DNA of 64,000 bases, from positions 1,705 to 65,704 of the forward strand of contig CAIRTF010000052.1 of NCBI GenBank assembly GCA_903881425.1. Direction: 5' to 3'. The notes below the pieces were generated by a model. That model saw only the letters and a list, made by a program, of their open reading frames with translations, was not told where the DNA came from and made no database searches. Numbering within the stretch: the first letter of the stretch is position 1; every line of letters begins with the position of its first letter. A program made the position numbers and the translations under genes. Origin of the DNA: an uncultured Chitinophagaceae bacterium. Lineage in GTDB: Bacteria > Bacteroidota > Bacteroidia > Chitinophagales > Chitinophagaceae. This document shows positions 9,759 through 19,586 of the stretch, piece by piece.

Positions 9759-11165
9759 ATGGACATACATTTTAACCCGGATAAACAACATACACTTGGT
9801 AGTGCAGTAAGTATCAGTGGAACAGGTTTGCATACGGGTGTATTGGTTGATATGACTTTAAAGCCTGCCAATCCCGGATTTGGTATTCATTTTCAAAGAA
9901 TTGATTTGCCGAATCAACCAATCATCAAAGCAGATTGCGATTTGGTAACAGATACTTCTCGCGGTACAACATTACAAGTTGGCGATGCAAAGGTTAGCAC
10001 TGTTGAACATGTATTGGCAGCATTGGTTGGAATGGGTGTAGATAATTGCTTGATTGAATTGAATGGACCTGAAATACCTATTATTGATGGAAGTTCTGAA
10101 CCATTTGTAGAATTATTGGAAGAAGCTACCATCATTGAACAAGAGGCTTCAAAAGCCTGGTATAGTATTGATGAGAATATTTTTTTGTATGATGACAAGA
10201 AACGTGTTGAAATGGTAGCCATGCCATCTGTGGATTATCAAATCACTACATTGATCGATTTTAATAGTCCGGTTTTAGGAACGCAACATGCCGGATTAAA
10301 GACTATCAAAGATTTTAAAACAGAAATTGCACCATGCAGAACTTTTTGTTTTTTACATGAGCTGGAAGCCTTACTGGATAATGATCTCATCAAGGGTGGC
10401 GATATTAATAATGCCATTGTAGTGGTTGACAAACCTGTTACCGATGCAGAAATGACTCGTTTGGCTAAAGCATTTAAACGAGAAAAAATTGAAGTTAAAA
10501 CAGAAGGTTATTTAAATAATTTGGAATTGCGTTTCTCCAACGAACCCGCAAGACATAAATTATTGGATGTTATCGGAGATCTATCTTTAATTGGTTATCC
10601 TATCAAAGCAAGAATCATCGCCAATAGACCCGGACACAGCACCAATGTTGAATTTGCAAAAAAGATCAAACAATACATTAAACGCAATAAACATGTAAAA
10701 GATGTTCCGGTATATGATCCAACATTGCCACCTGTTTATAATTTACAACAAATAGAAAAAACATTACCGCATCGTCATCCGTTTTTATTGGTAGATAAGA
10801 TTATTGAATTAACCGATAAACAAATCATCGGAATTAAAAATGTTACATTTAACGAATGGTTCTTTCAGGGTCATTTTCCGAATAATCCGGTAATGCCGGG
10901 TGTTTTACAAATTGAAGCTTTGGCACAAACTGGTGGTATTCTGTGTATCAACTCAATGCCGGAAGGACAATACGATACTTATTTTTTAAAAATCGATAAT
11001 TGTAAATTCAAACAAAAAGTTGTTCCGGGAGACACCATGATCTTAAAAATGGAGATGGCTGCCCCAATCCGCAGAGGCATTTGCGAAATGAAAGGTACAG
11101 TTTATGTTGGTGGAAAGGTGGCTACCGAAGCAGATTTGGTTGCCCAAGTGGTAAAAAGAACTTAA
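9759..11165 (+). CDS. lpxC/fabZ: Bifunctional UDP-3-O-acyl-GlcNAc deacetylase / 3-hydroxyacyl-ACP dehydratase (LpxC-FabZ fusion)
   Basis: N-terminal LpxC (TGLHTG...VEH) and C-terminal FabZ (HRHPFLLVDKI...GHFP..PVMPGVLQIEA). This fusion is typical of Bacteroidota. Confidence 0.95.
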   Translation: MDIHFNPDKQHTLGSAVSISGTGLHTGVLVDMTLKPANPGFGIHFQRIDLPNQPIIKADCDLVTDTSRGTTLQVGDAKVSTVEHVLAALVGMGVDNCLIELNGPEIPIIDGSSEPFVELLEEATIIEQEASKAWYSIDENIFLYDDKKRVEMVAMPSVDYQITTLIDFNSPVLGTQHAGLKTIKDFKTEIAPCRTFCFLHELEALLDNDLIKGGDINNAIVVVDKPVTDAEMTRLAKAFKREKIEVKTEGYLNNLELRFSNEPARHKLLDVIGDLSLIGYPIKARIIANRPGHSTNVEFAKKIKQYIKRNKHVKDVPVYDPTLPPVYNLQQIEKTLPHRHPFLLVDKIIELTDKQIIGIKNVTFNEWFFQGHFPNNPVMPGVLQIEALAQTGGILCINSMPEGQYDTYFLKIDNCKFKQKVVPGDTMILKMEMAAPIRRGICEMKGTVYVGGKVATEADLVAQVVKRT

Positions 11166-11199
11166 AAAGCCAAAATCTCCTTAATAATTATATTTTTGC

Positions 11200-11230
11200 G
11201 ATGCCTTGGATTAAACTTGGCATCTTTTTT
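11200..11230 (+). terminator. Terminator-like hairpin between lpxC/fabZ and lpxA
   Basis: GATGCC (11200-11205) pairs with GGCATC (11219-11224) across a 13-nt loop, followed by TTTTTT. Confidence 0.4.
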
Positions 11231-11282
11231 ATAGTTCTTAGTGTCTATGCAAACACTAATAGCTCCTAAACCAAAAACGCGG

Positions 11283-12080
11283 ATGACCCATCCTTATACT
11301 TACATAGATCCTAACGCAAGAGTTGCGCCTAATGTTAAGATCGATCCTTTTACTGTTATTCATGGAGATGTTCATGTAGGCGAAGGCACATGGATTGGCA
11401 GTAATGTTACTATTATGGATGGAACAAGGATTGGAAAAAATTGCAGAATATTTCCGGGCGCTGTATTAGGTGCTGTGCCTCAAGATCTGAAATTTAACGG
11501 TGAGAAGACAATGGTAGAGATTGGTGATAATACAACTATCCGCGAATTTGTAACTGTGAATCGTGGTACAACTGATAGATGGAGAACGAGAGTAGGTAAT
11601 AATTGTTTAATCATGGCTTACAGCCATATTGCACATGATTGTTTCATTGGTAATAATTGTGTGCTAAGTAATAATGTGCAAATGGCCGGACATGTTACCA
11701 TGGGTGATTGGGCATGGATTGCAGGAGTAAGTGCTGTGCATCAATTTGTACAAATTGGTCAACATGCATACATAGCCGGAGGTAGTTTGGTAAGTAAAGA
11801 TGTTCCTCCATATATCAAAGCAGTTCGTAATCCATTAAGTTATGGTGGCGTGAACAGTGTTGGGTTAAAACGCAGAGGTTTTGAATTAGAAAAGATCAAT
11901 CATATTTTGGATATTTATCGTTTTATTTTTAATAAAGGATTGAATACTACACAAGCTTTGGAATATATTGAAGAAGAATTACCTGCAAGCGATGAAAGAG
12001 ATGAGATCGTAACTTTTATTCGCGAAAGCGGCAGAGGCATCATTAAAAAATATACCAAAGGCGGCGGTGATGATGAATAA
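11283..12080 (+). CDS. lpxA: Acyl-ACP--UDP-N-acetylglucosamine O-acyltransferase LpxA
   Basis: Hexapeptide repeats plus an LpxA C-terminal helical domain. The track start is GTG at 11241; the ATG at 11283 (MTHPYTYIDP) fits LpxA N-termini better. Confidence 0.9.
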   Translation: MTHPYTYIDPNARVAPNVKIDPFTVIHGDVHVGEGTWIGSNVTIMDGTRIGKNCRIFPGAVLGAVPQDLKFNGEKTMVEIGDNTTIREFVTVNRGTTDRWRTRVGNNCLIMAYSHIAHDCFIGNNCVLSNNVQMAGHVTMGDWAWIAGVSAVHQFVQIGQHAYIAGGSLVSKDVPPYIKAVRNPLSYGGVNSVGLKRRGFELEKINHILDIYRFIFNKGLNTTQALEYIEEELPASDERDEIVTFIRESGRGIIKKYTKGGGDDE

Positions 12081-12117
12081 TTTCATCTGCTGAATATCTC
12101 CCAAAATTTTTATTTTT

Positions 12118-12735
12118 ATGATGATACAACTTTCTGATGCCGGCAAAAGATTTAACCGGGATTGGATTTTTCGTCATTTGAATTACACATTTGAAAGTGG
12201 CAAATCTTACGCCATCACAGGTTCTAACGGAAGTGGCAAAAGTACTTTATTGCAAGCCATTGCCTCCAGCATGAATATGAGTGAAGGAAAAATCACTTAT
12301 TCATCAACTGATACACAAATTCAAGAAGCAAATTTTTATCAATATATTTCCATAGCAGCACCTTATGTTGAATTGATTGAAGAAATGAGTGCAAAAGAAT
12401 TACTGCATTTTCATTCTTCATTCAAATCTCTGTTGCAACAGGTATCTATTGATGGAATTATCCATGCTATTGGATTGGAAAAAGCTGCCGATAAACAAAT
12501 TCGCTATTATTCTTCCGGCATGAAGCAAAGAGTAAAATTAGCGCAAGCTATTTTCTCTGATGCCCCTGTTTTATTATTAGATGAGCCCTGCACTAATTTA
12601 GATGCGAATGGATATGCATTGTATCATGAATTGATCAATGATTATTGCCATAACAAATTAATCATTGTAAGTAGCAATGATGAGAATGAAATGGATTTTT
12701 GCAAAGAACGTATCTCTATAATGGATTATAAATAA
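12118..12735 (+). CDS. ABC transporter ATP-binding protein (no adjacent permease)
   Basis: Walker A GSNGSGKST, signature YSSGMKQR, Walker B LLLDEP. 205 aa. Confidence 0.8.
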   Translation: MMIQLSDAGKRFNRDWIFRHLNYTFESGKSYAITGSNGSGKSTLLQAIASSMNMSEGKITYSSTDTQIQEANFYQYISIAAPYVELIEEMSAKELLHFHSSFKSLLQQVSIDGIIHAIGLEKAADKQIRYYSSGMKQRVKLAQAIFSDAPVLLLDEPCTNLDANGYALYHELINDYCHNKLIIVSSNDENEMDFCKERISIMDYK

Positions 12736-12736
12736 T

Positions 12737-13951
12737 CTATCTCCTGCTCGCAATCAATAAATTCAGATCAGTATATTTCAAATCGAATTTTTGACTGATA
12801 TAAAAATCAGTTACTGCTCCCTTAAACATATAAATACCTTCACGCAAATTAATATTGTGCCATACCATTTCTTCCATACCACCTTCATCACTGATTTGTA
12901 ATAACAATGGCATTAATACATTGCTTATAGATTGACTTGCTGTTCTTGCAAAACCACTTGGAATATTGGGAACCCCATAATGCATTACATCATGCTTAAT
13001 GATGATTGGATTTTCATGACTTGTCATTTCACTTGTTTCAAAACAACCACCTCGGTCAATTGCCACATCAATGATAATACTACCCGGACGCATGGCTGCA
13101 ACCATTTCTTCAGTTACAACAACAGGCGCTCTGCCATATTCGTTACTCAACGCACCAACAGCCACTTCACAAGTTTTTAATTGCTTAGCTAAAATACGAG
13201 GCTCTAAAACACTTGTCCAGCAACGTTGTCCGAGATTATTCTGTAATTGTTTTAAACGATACACATTATTATCAAACACTTTTACACTGGCACCCAATGC
13301 CAATGCATTGCGTGTGGCAAACTCTCCAACAATACCTGCACCGATGATTACCACTTTTGTTGGCGGAATCCCACTAATGCCACCCAACAACACTCCTTTA
13401 CCATTATTAAAACTACTTAAATATTGTCCAGCAATCAACATCACTGCACTTCCTGCAATCTCACTCATGCTACGAACAATGGGGTACGTTCCACTGTCAT
13501 CTTTTAAATTTTCAAAACTTAACGCGGTACTTTTTTTCTCCATCATCTTTTCGATGTGAATACTTTTTAAAGCAGATAAATGAATAGGAGAAACAATGGT
13601 TTGATTCAATTGCAGTAATGGAAGATCTTCTTCAACTACCGGTGCACTTTTAACAAGGATGGGTGATTTAAAAATTTCAGTTCTGTCATAAACGATCTTA
13701 GCACCAGCTTCACTATAATCTTTATCGGTATAATGACTTCCCTCTCCTGCATTATGCTCAACTACCACTGCATGATCATTCGCAACTAATACACCAACAG
13801 CATCAGGTGTTAATGCAATTCTGTTTTCCTGAAAAGCAATTTCTTTTGGAATACCAATATGCAATTTGGCACCTTGCGGTTTAATATCTAATGTTTCTTC
13901 CAATGTTTCATAACTGAAAGAAGTTGATATCACTGGTTTTGTAGCAGCCAT
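12737..13951 (-). CDS. Alanine dehydrogenase / PNT-alpha family NAD(P)-binding protein
   Basis: AlaDH/PNT N- and C-terminal domains with a Rossmann motif (VVIIGAGIVG). 404 aa; ATG at 13951. Confidence 0.8.
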   Translation of the reverse strand: MAATKPVISTSFSYETLEETLDIKPQGAKLHIGIPKEIAFQENRIALTPDAVGVLVANDHAVVVEHNAGEGSHYTDKDYSEAGAKIVYDRTEIFKSPILVKSAPVVEEDLPLLQLNQTIVSPIHLSALKSIHIEKMMEKKSTALSFENLKDDSGTYPIVRSMSEIAGSAVMLIAGQYLSSFNNGKGVLLGGISGIPPTKVVIIGAGIVGEFATRNALALGASVKVFDNNVYRLKQLQNNLGQRCWTSVLEPRILAKQLKTCEVAVGALSNEYGRAPVVVTEEMVAAMRPGSIIIDVAIDRGGCFETSEMTSHENPIIIKHDVMHYGVPNIPSGFARTASQSISNVLMPLLLQISDEGGMEEMVWHNINLREGIYMFKGAVTDFYISQKFDLKYTDLNLLIASRR

Positions 13952-14001
13952 GTTTTAATTATTGTGAGAAGTGAAGTTACTTAATTTGAATCGCTTCTTA
14001 A

Positions 14002-14424
14002 TTATTCTCCGGCATCCTGCATAAAAATTCGTCGGGTACTTGTATCCAATGCTTCAATATAAATATGCAAAGTATCATCCGGCAATAAGCCCAATGCTTT
14101 TTCAGGCCATTCTACTAAACACAAATTCTTCGATAACAAAGCATCTTCAATACCCGCCTGAACAGCTTCTTCCTCATCTTTTAAACGATACCAATCCATG
14201 TGATAGATTGTTCCCAACATTTCACTTTTATATTCATTAATGATAGAAAATGTTGGGCTGCTGATTGCATCTTTCACCTGCAAAAATTCGCATAAAGCAT
14301 GAATGAAAGTAGTTTTCCCTGCTCCCATTGGTGCATGAAAAGCCCAAACTTTTTTTTGTTGGTGTTGCTTCCAAAAAAGTTGAGCTACTTGTTTTATCTC
14401 GTTTAACCCAAAAATGGCATCCAT
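14002..14424 (-). CDS. tsaE: tRNA threonylcarbamoyladenosine biosynthesis ATPase TsaE
   Basis: 140 aa with P-loop GAGKTTF, SPTF, and the HxDxYR-like HMDWYRL motif. Confidence 0.9.
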   Translation of the reverse strand: MDAIFGLNEIKQVAQLFWKQHQQKKVWAFHAPMGAGKTTFIHALCEFLQVKDAISSPTFSIINEYKSEMLGTIYHMDWYRLKDEEEAVQAGIEDALLSKNLCLVEWPEKALGLLPDDTLHIYIEALDTSTRRIFMQDAGE

Positions 14425-14568
14425 GCCGCAAAGATATTTCTCTGTTCGAAAGATGAGAACTTTATTCGTGTAATACCTTTATGATGGCAATCATTTTTGT
14501 TGTATCGTAAATAAAAGACTTTTACTTCCGACAAAAATTTTAATTATAATAATCCTCAGTTGAAAACA

Positions 14569-16704
14569 ATGGATATGGAAAAAGTGAATTTGAAAGTGGA
14601 TGGAATGAGTTGTACAAATTGTGCACTAACCATCAATAAATATTTAAAAAGTGAAGGATTACAGAATGTGCAGGTAAATTTTATTGGCGGTGATGTAAGT
14701 TTTGAAATGAATAGAAATATCACCCAACAAAAAATTGAACAAGGCATAGAAAAATTAGGCTACCAGATAAAGCACCAGAATGGATCAGTTGAAACAAATC
14801 ATAAAACCAGCTTTACATTACCATTTAAAAATCATTTACAAAGATTTTGGTTTTGCATTGTTTTTACTATCCCGCTATTGGTTCATATGATTCCCGGTAT
14901 ACACATACATGTACTGATGAATCCATACTTTCAATTAATATTGACGATACCTGTTTATATAGTTGGAATGGATTTTTTTGGAAGAAGTGCCATCAAAAGT
15001 TTGCTCAATGGTATTCCCAATATGAACGTATTGATCACATTGGGATCCACGGCAGCCTTTGGTTACAGCTTATATGGGTTATTGATTGGCAATGCTGCAG
15101 AATATTTATTTTTTGAAACTGCTTGCACTACCCTCACTTTAGTTTTTTTGGGTAATTACATGGAAGACATATCGATTGAAAAGACACAAGATGCTTTGAA
15201 AAAATTAGCCGTTTCACAAAAAGTAATGGCGAACATGATCGCTTTTGATGATCAACATCAAGAACAAATTTTTCAAGTAGAAAGTACTGCATTGCATGTT
15301 GGAGATTTGGTTTTGATTCGCGATGGAGAACACGTTCCAATGGATGCAAAGATTTTGTGGGGTGAAGCGAATGTAAATGAATCAATCATTACCGGAGAAA
15401 GTGTTCCGATAGAAAAGAAAATGAAAGATCTCTTGATTGGAGGAAGTATTATTGAAAGCGGCACCATCAAAGCACAAATAACTGCCGTTGGCGAAGACAC
15501 GGTTCTTTCTCATATTTTAAAATTGGTAAAAGCTGCGCAAACGGAGAAACCTCCCGTACAACAATTAGCAGATAAGATCAGCGCAGTATTTGTTCCAACT
15601 GTAGTAAGTATTGCATTACTAACATTAGCGATCAATTATTTTTTTGCAGACAAAAATTTTGGTGAAAGTTTATTAAGAAGTATTGCTGTATTGGTTATTT
15701 CTTGTCCTTGCGCAATGGGGCTGGCCACACCAGCCGCTGTAGCTGTGGGTTTGGGGCGTGCAGCCAGAAATGGCGTATTATTTAAAAATGCAAAAAGCTT
15801 AGAGATATTTAAAGACATTAAACAAGTAGTGTTTGATAAAACGGGTACTCTAACCACAGGTAAGTTTCAAGTTACAAGTTTCAAGTCTCAAGTTGAAAAC
15901 GATGAGTAATTTAAAAGAATTGTTTATTCAATTGAAAAATATTCCAATCATCCTATTGCCAAAGCCATTGTGAAAGAATGGAAAATGAAAGATGAAGTTC
16001 GATGGGCATCTGTTGATGAAGTGAAGGGCGTCGGCATCAAATCAAAAGATAAAGAAGGCAATGAATATTTTGCAGGTTCTTATTCCATTGCAAAGGATCT
16101 TACAGAAGATGATCAACATAATATTTATTTGCTTCGAAACAACAAACTAATCGGTTGGGTTGATGTTGCTGATGAAATAAGAGAAGAAGCAAAACAAGTG
16201 ATTGCCTTATTAAAATCACAAAACATTAAAACCATTTTATTAAGTGGCGATAGAAAAGAGAAATCAGAAAAAGTTGGCAATGCATTAGGAATTGATGAAA
16301 TTATTTTTGAACAAACCCCTGAACAAAAATTAGAAAAGATAGCAGCATATAATGCTATTGCACCAACAGCAATGGTAGGCGATGGTATCAATGATGCACC
16401 TGCATTAGCAAAAGCAACTGTTGGTATTTCTTTAAGTGATGCATCGCAAGTGGCATTGCAAAGTGCACAAGTAGTTTTAATGAATCATGGATTAAAAAAT
16501 TTACCATTGGCTTTAGGCCTGGGTAAACAAACTTATAATACCATCAAAGGAAATTTATTCTGGGCATTTGCTTATAATATTGTTGCTATTCCAATTGCAG
16601 CTTTCGGATTTTTAAGTCCAACTTTCGGAGCCATGGTAATGGGTTTAAGCGATGTACTACTGGCCATTAATTCTCTCTGGTTGAATTTTAAGAAAGTAGT
16701 TTGA
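14569..16704 (+). pseudogene. copA: Heavy-metal (Cu+-type) translocating P-type ATPase interrupted by one in-frame TAA at 15907-15909
   Basis: ORFs 14560-15909 and 15970-16704 share one frame. Joined, they carry HMA GMSCTNCA, TGES, CPC, DKTGTLT, then the stop, then SNHP and GDGINDAP. Confidence 0.8.
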
Positions 16705-16729
16705 TGAGTTGTATCTTCATCATTACAGA

Positions 16730-18634
16730 ATGAATTCAGCAAAACAAATTCTTCAAAAATATTGGGGCTATTCATCCTTTCGCGGTGAGCAGGAAAAAAT
16801 TATTCAATCTGTTCGTGACGGGAAAGATACGCTGGCATTACTTCCTACGGGAGGAGGCAAATCTGTTTGCTTTCAAATACCGGCTTTAATGAAAGAAGGT
16901 TTATGTCTGGTAATCTCTCCACTCATTGCATTAATGAAAGATCAGGTAGAGAATTTATTGAAGAAAAATATTCCTGCTGCATATATTAACAGCAGCATGA
17001 GTTGGTACGAAGTGCAAACTGTTTTAGAAAATGCAGTACACGAAAATTTTAAATTTTTATACGTTTCTCCTGAAAGATTACAGAGCAATGCATTTAAAGA
17101 ATATTTGCATCATCTCGACATCAATTTAATTGCAGTGGATGAAGCGCATTGCATTTCACAATGGGGTTATGATTTTCGTCCGCAGTATTTACGTATTGCT
17201 GAATTAAGACAAGAACTAAAAAATATTCCGGTCATTGCCTTAACTGCTTCTGCCACACCCGTCGTTCAAAAAGATATTGTTCAACAATTACAATTCAAAG
17301 AAGAAAATATTTTTCGTCAATCATTCGAGAAAGCAAATTTATCTTATTCTGTTTTTCATGTGGATAGTAAGATCAACAAGGTGATTGATATATTGAAAAA
17401 TGTTTCAGGCAGCGGTATTATTTATTGCAGCAGCAGAAAGCAAACAAAAAATGTGGCCGACCTTTTATGCTTACAAGATATTTCTGCGAATTATTATCAT
17501 GCCGGTTTATCACAAGAACAAAGAATAGAAAAACAAAATGCATGGATCAACAATCAAACAAGAATAATGGTCTGCACCAATGCATTTGGAATGGGCATTG
17601 ATAAACCCGATGTAAGAACAGTGATTCATTTTGATACACCGGATTGTATTGAAAATTATTATCAGGAAGCAGGAAGAGCAGGACGTGATGGCAAAAAATC
17701 ATATGCCGTTCTATTGTATCAAACTACTGATGAGGAAGACCTGAAAGCCTTGCCCGATAAGCGATTTCCCTCTATTCAGGAAATCAGAAACGTGTATCAA
17801 AGTCTGGCAGATTTTTTACAAGTTCCTGTTGGATTAGGTGAAGGACATTTTTATGATTTTGATTTGATTGCCTTTGTAAAAAATTTTAAACTAGATATTC
17901 ATCTTGCTATTAATGTATTGAAGGTTTTAGAACAGGAAGGTCATTTAGCTTTTAATGAAAATATTTTTCTACCCTCTCAGGTTTGTTTTTCAGCAGAAAA
18001 ATTTGTGTTAAACGAAGTGGAGTTTGCGCATCCCCAATTAGATGCCGTAATGAAATGTTTATTAAGAACATATCAAGGTATTTATGACAATCGCGTTTCT
18101 ATCAATGAAAAACAAATAGCTAAATTATGCAAACTACCTTATGAAAAGATTTTTGCTGATTTGAAGCAATTGCATGCCTTACACATCATAGAATATTTAC
18201 CGCAGAAAGAAACACCGCAAATTTATTTTATGATGAACAGAGCTCCGGCGCAACATTTACACATCAATCAGGATAATTATTTGAATAGAAAAAAACAATA
18301 TCAAACAAGAGTTGATACTATGATTAACTACATGCATTTACAAACAAACTGCAGAAGTTCATTCATTGCCAATTATTTCGGAGATACACAAGTAAATGAT
18401 TGTGGTGTTTGTGATAATTGTTTAAATAAAAAATCAACTGATTTAAATAACAATGATTTTAAAGTGATTGAAAAAAGTATTTACGCTGCTATTCCAACAG
18501 AAGGAATTGAATTGAATACATTGGTTCAACTGCACTCCAATATTAAAAAAGAAAGTTTCTGGAAAGTATTTGAATTTCTGCAAAGTGAAGGGAAGATTAT
18601 TTCAAAAGATAATAAAATATTAAAAAAACCATAG
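16730..18634 (+). CDS. recQ: RecQ family ATP-dependent DNA helicase
   Basis: Helicase motifs (TGGGKS, DEAHCISQWGYDFRP), RecQ C-terminal Zn cluster (C...CGVCDNC). ATG at 16730; the track start at 16709 is TTG. Confidence 0.9.
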   Translation: MNSAKQILQKYWGYSSFRGEQEKIIQSVRDGKDTLALLPTGGGKSVCFQIPALMKEGLCLVISPLIALMKDQVENLLKKNIPAAYINSSMSWYEVQTVLENAVHENFKFLYVSPERLQSNAFKEYLHHLDINLIAVDEAHCISQWGYDFRPQYLRIAELRQELKNIPVIALTASATPVVQKDIVQQLQFKEENIFRQSFEKANLSYSVFHVDSKINKVIDILKNVSGSGIIYCSSRKQTKNVADLLCLQDISANYYHAGLSQEQRIEKQNAWINNQTRIMVCTNAFGMGIDKPDVRTVIHFDTPDCIENYYQEAGRAGRDGKKSYAVLLYQTTDEEDLKALPDKRFPSIQEIRNVYQSLADFLQVPVGLGEGHFYDFDLIAFVKNFKLDIHLAINVLKVLEQEGHLAFNENIFLPSQVCFSAEKFVLNEVEFAHPQLDAVMKCLLRTYQGIYDNRVSINEKQIAKLCKLPYEKIFADLKQLHALHIIEYLPQKETPQIYFMMNRAPAQHLHINQDNYLNRKKQYQTRVDTMINYMHLQTNCRSSFIANYFGDTQVNDCGVCDNCLNKKSTDLNNNDFKVIEKSIYAAIPTEGIELNTLVQLHSNIKKESFWKVFEFLQSEGKIISKDNKILKKP

Positions 18635-18650
18635 CGCAATAAAGAATAAA

Positions 18651-18697
18651 TTGTACAAGTGTGCGACGCAACGAAGTTGAATAGCATTACTAAAGCC
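18651..18697 (+). repeat. Dispersed intergenic repeat copy (reference copy)
   Basis: TTGTACAAGTGTGCGACGCAACGAAGTTGAATAGCATTACTAAAGCC. Positions 18653-18672 are identical to the reverse complement of 37631-37650. Confidence 0.8.
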
Positions 18698-18808
18698 GGT
18701 TACATAAACTTTTCTTTAACAGTTGTAGTGTTTTTAACAAAAGATTGCGCTAACTGGCATGTTAATTGGCAATGTTTTATCTTTATTTGACTATTAAACC
18801 ATAAACTC

Positions 18809-19507
18809 ATGGAAGACAAGAAAAAATATAAGATTTTATTGTGCGAAGATGATACCAACTTAGGTATGGTATTGAAAAACTATTTAGAGTTAAATGATTA
18901 CGATGTAATTCTTGAACGCGATGGAAGGCTTGGTATGGCTGCCTTTCAGCGGGAGAAAGTTGACATTTGTTTATTGGATGTGATGATGCCGAATGTAGAT
19001 GGATTTACATTGGCAGAAGAAATTCGTGATATTGATCCGGATGTGCCTTTGTTTTTCTTAAGTGCAAAAACCATGAAGGAGGATATTATTCAAGGTTACA
19101 AATTGGGTGCGGATGATTATATCACCAAACCGTTTGACAGCGAAGTGTTGTTGATGAAAATAAAAGCCATCTTAAAACGCAACGAAGAAGAAAACAGAAT
19201 TAACGACAATATTGAATTTGATATGGGTGCTTATCATTTCAATCCGAAATTGCGTGAATTAACACACGAAGGCAAAACTCAAACATTATCTCCCAAAGAA
19301 AATGAATTGTTGAAAATGCTGGCAGAACATAAGAATGATTTGTTACCACGTGAAAGAGCATTGAAAAAAATATGGGGCAGTGATACGTATTTTAACGGAA
19401 GAAGCATGGATGTGTACATTGCTAAATTGCGTAAATATTTAAAAGATGACACCAATATTGAAATTGTAAATATTCATGGTAACGGATTTAGATTAGTTGC
19501 ACCATAG
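18809..19507 (+). CDS. OmpR/PhoB-family response regulator transcription factor (no adjacent histidine kinase)
   Basis: REC domain (LLCEDD...LLDVMMP...SAKT) plus a winged-helix trans_reg_C domain. 232 aa. Confidence 0.9.
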   Translation: MEDKKKYKILLCEDDTNLGMVLKNYLELNDYDVILERDGRLGMAAFQREKVDICLLDVMMPNVDGFTLAEEIRDIDPDVPLFFLSAKTMKEDIIQGYKLGADDYITKPFDSEVLLMKIKAILKRNEEENRINDNIEFDMGAYHFNPKLRELTHEGKTQTLSPKENELLKMLAEHKNDLLPRERALKKIWGSDTYFNGRSMDVYIAKLRKYLKDDTNIEIVNIHGNGFRLVAP

Positions 19508-19544
19508 AATGATAATTAAAATACTAAACAGATTTTCTTTAAAT

Positions 19545-19576
19545 AAAAAACCTCATTCAACCATGAGGTTTTTTTA
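19545..19576. terminator. Bidirectional rho-independent terminator between the response regulator gene and ruvB
   Basis: AAAAAACCTCAT-tcaacc-ATGAGGTTTTTTT, with A/T runs on both sides. Confidence 0.65.
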
Positions 19577-19586
19577 TGAGTACTAT

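Noticed and set aside
11081-11269. 62-aa ORF spanning the lpxC/fabZ 3' end and the spacer
   Set aside because: It overlaps the end of a conserved gene in another frame and crosses the terminator-like hairpin. The protein sequence is not plausible.
15970-16704. Second P-type ATPase ORF as an independent gene
   Set aside because: Its 'start' is an in-frame GTG inside a continuous ATPase reading frame. It lacks the phosphorylation site and TM core, which lie in the upstream ORF. I treat both as one gene with a nonsense codon.
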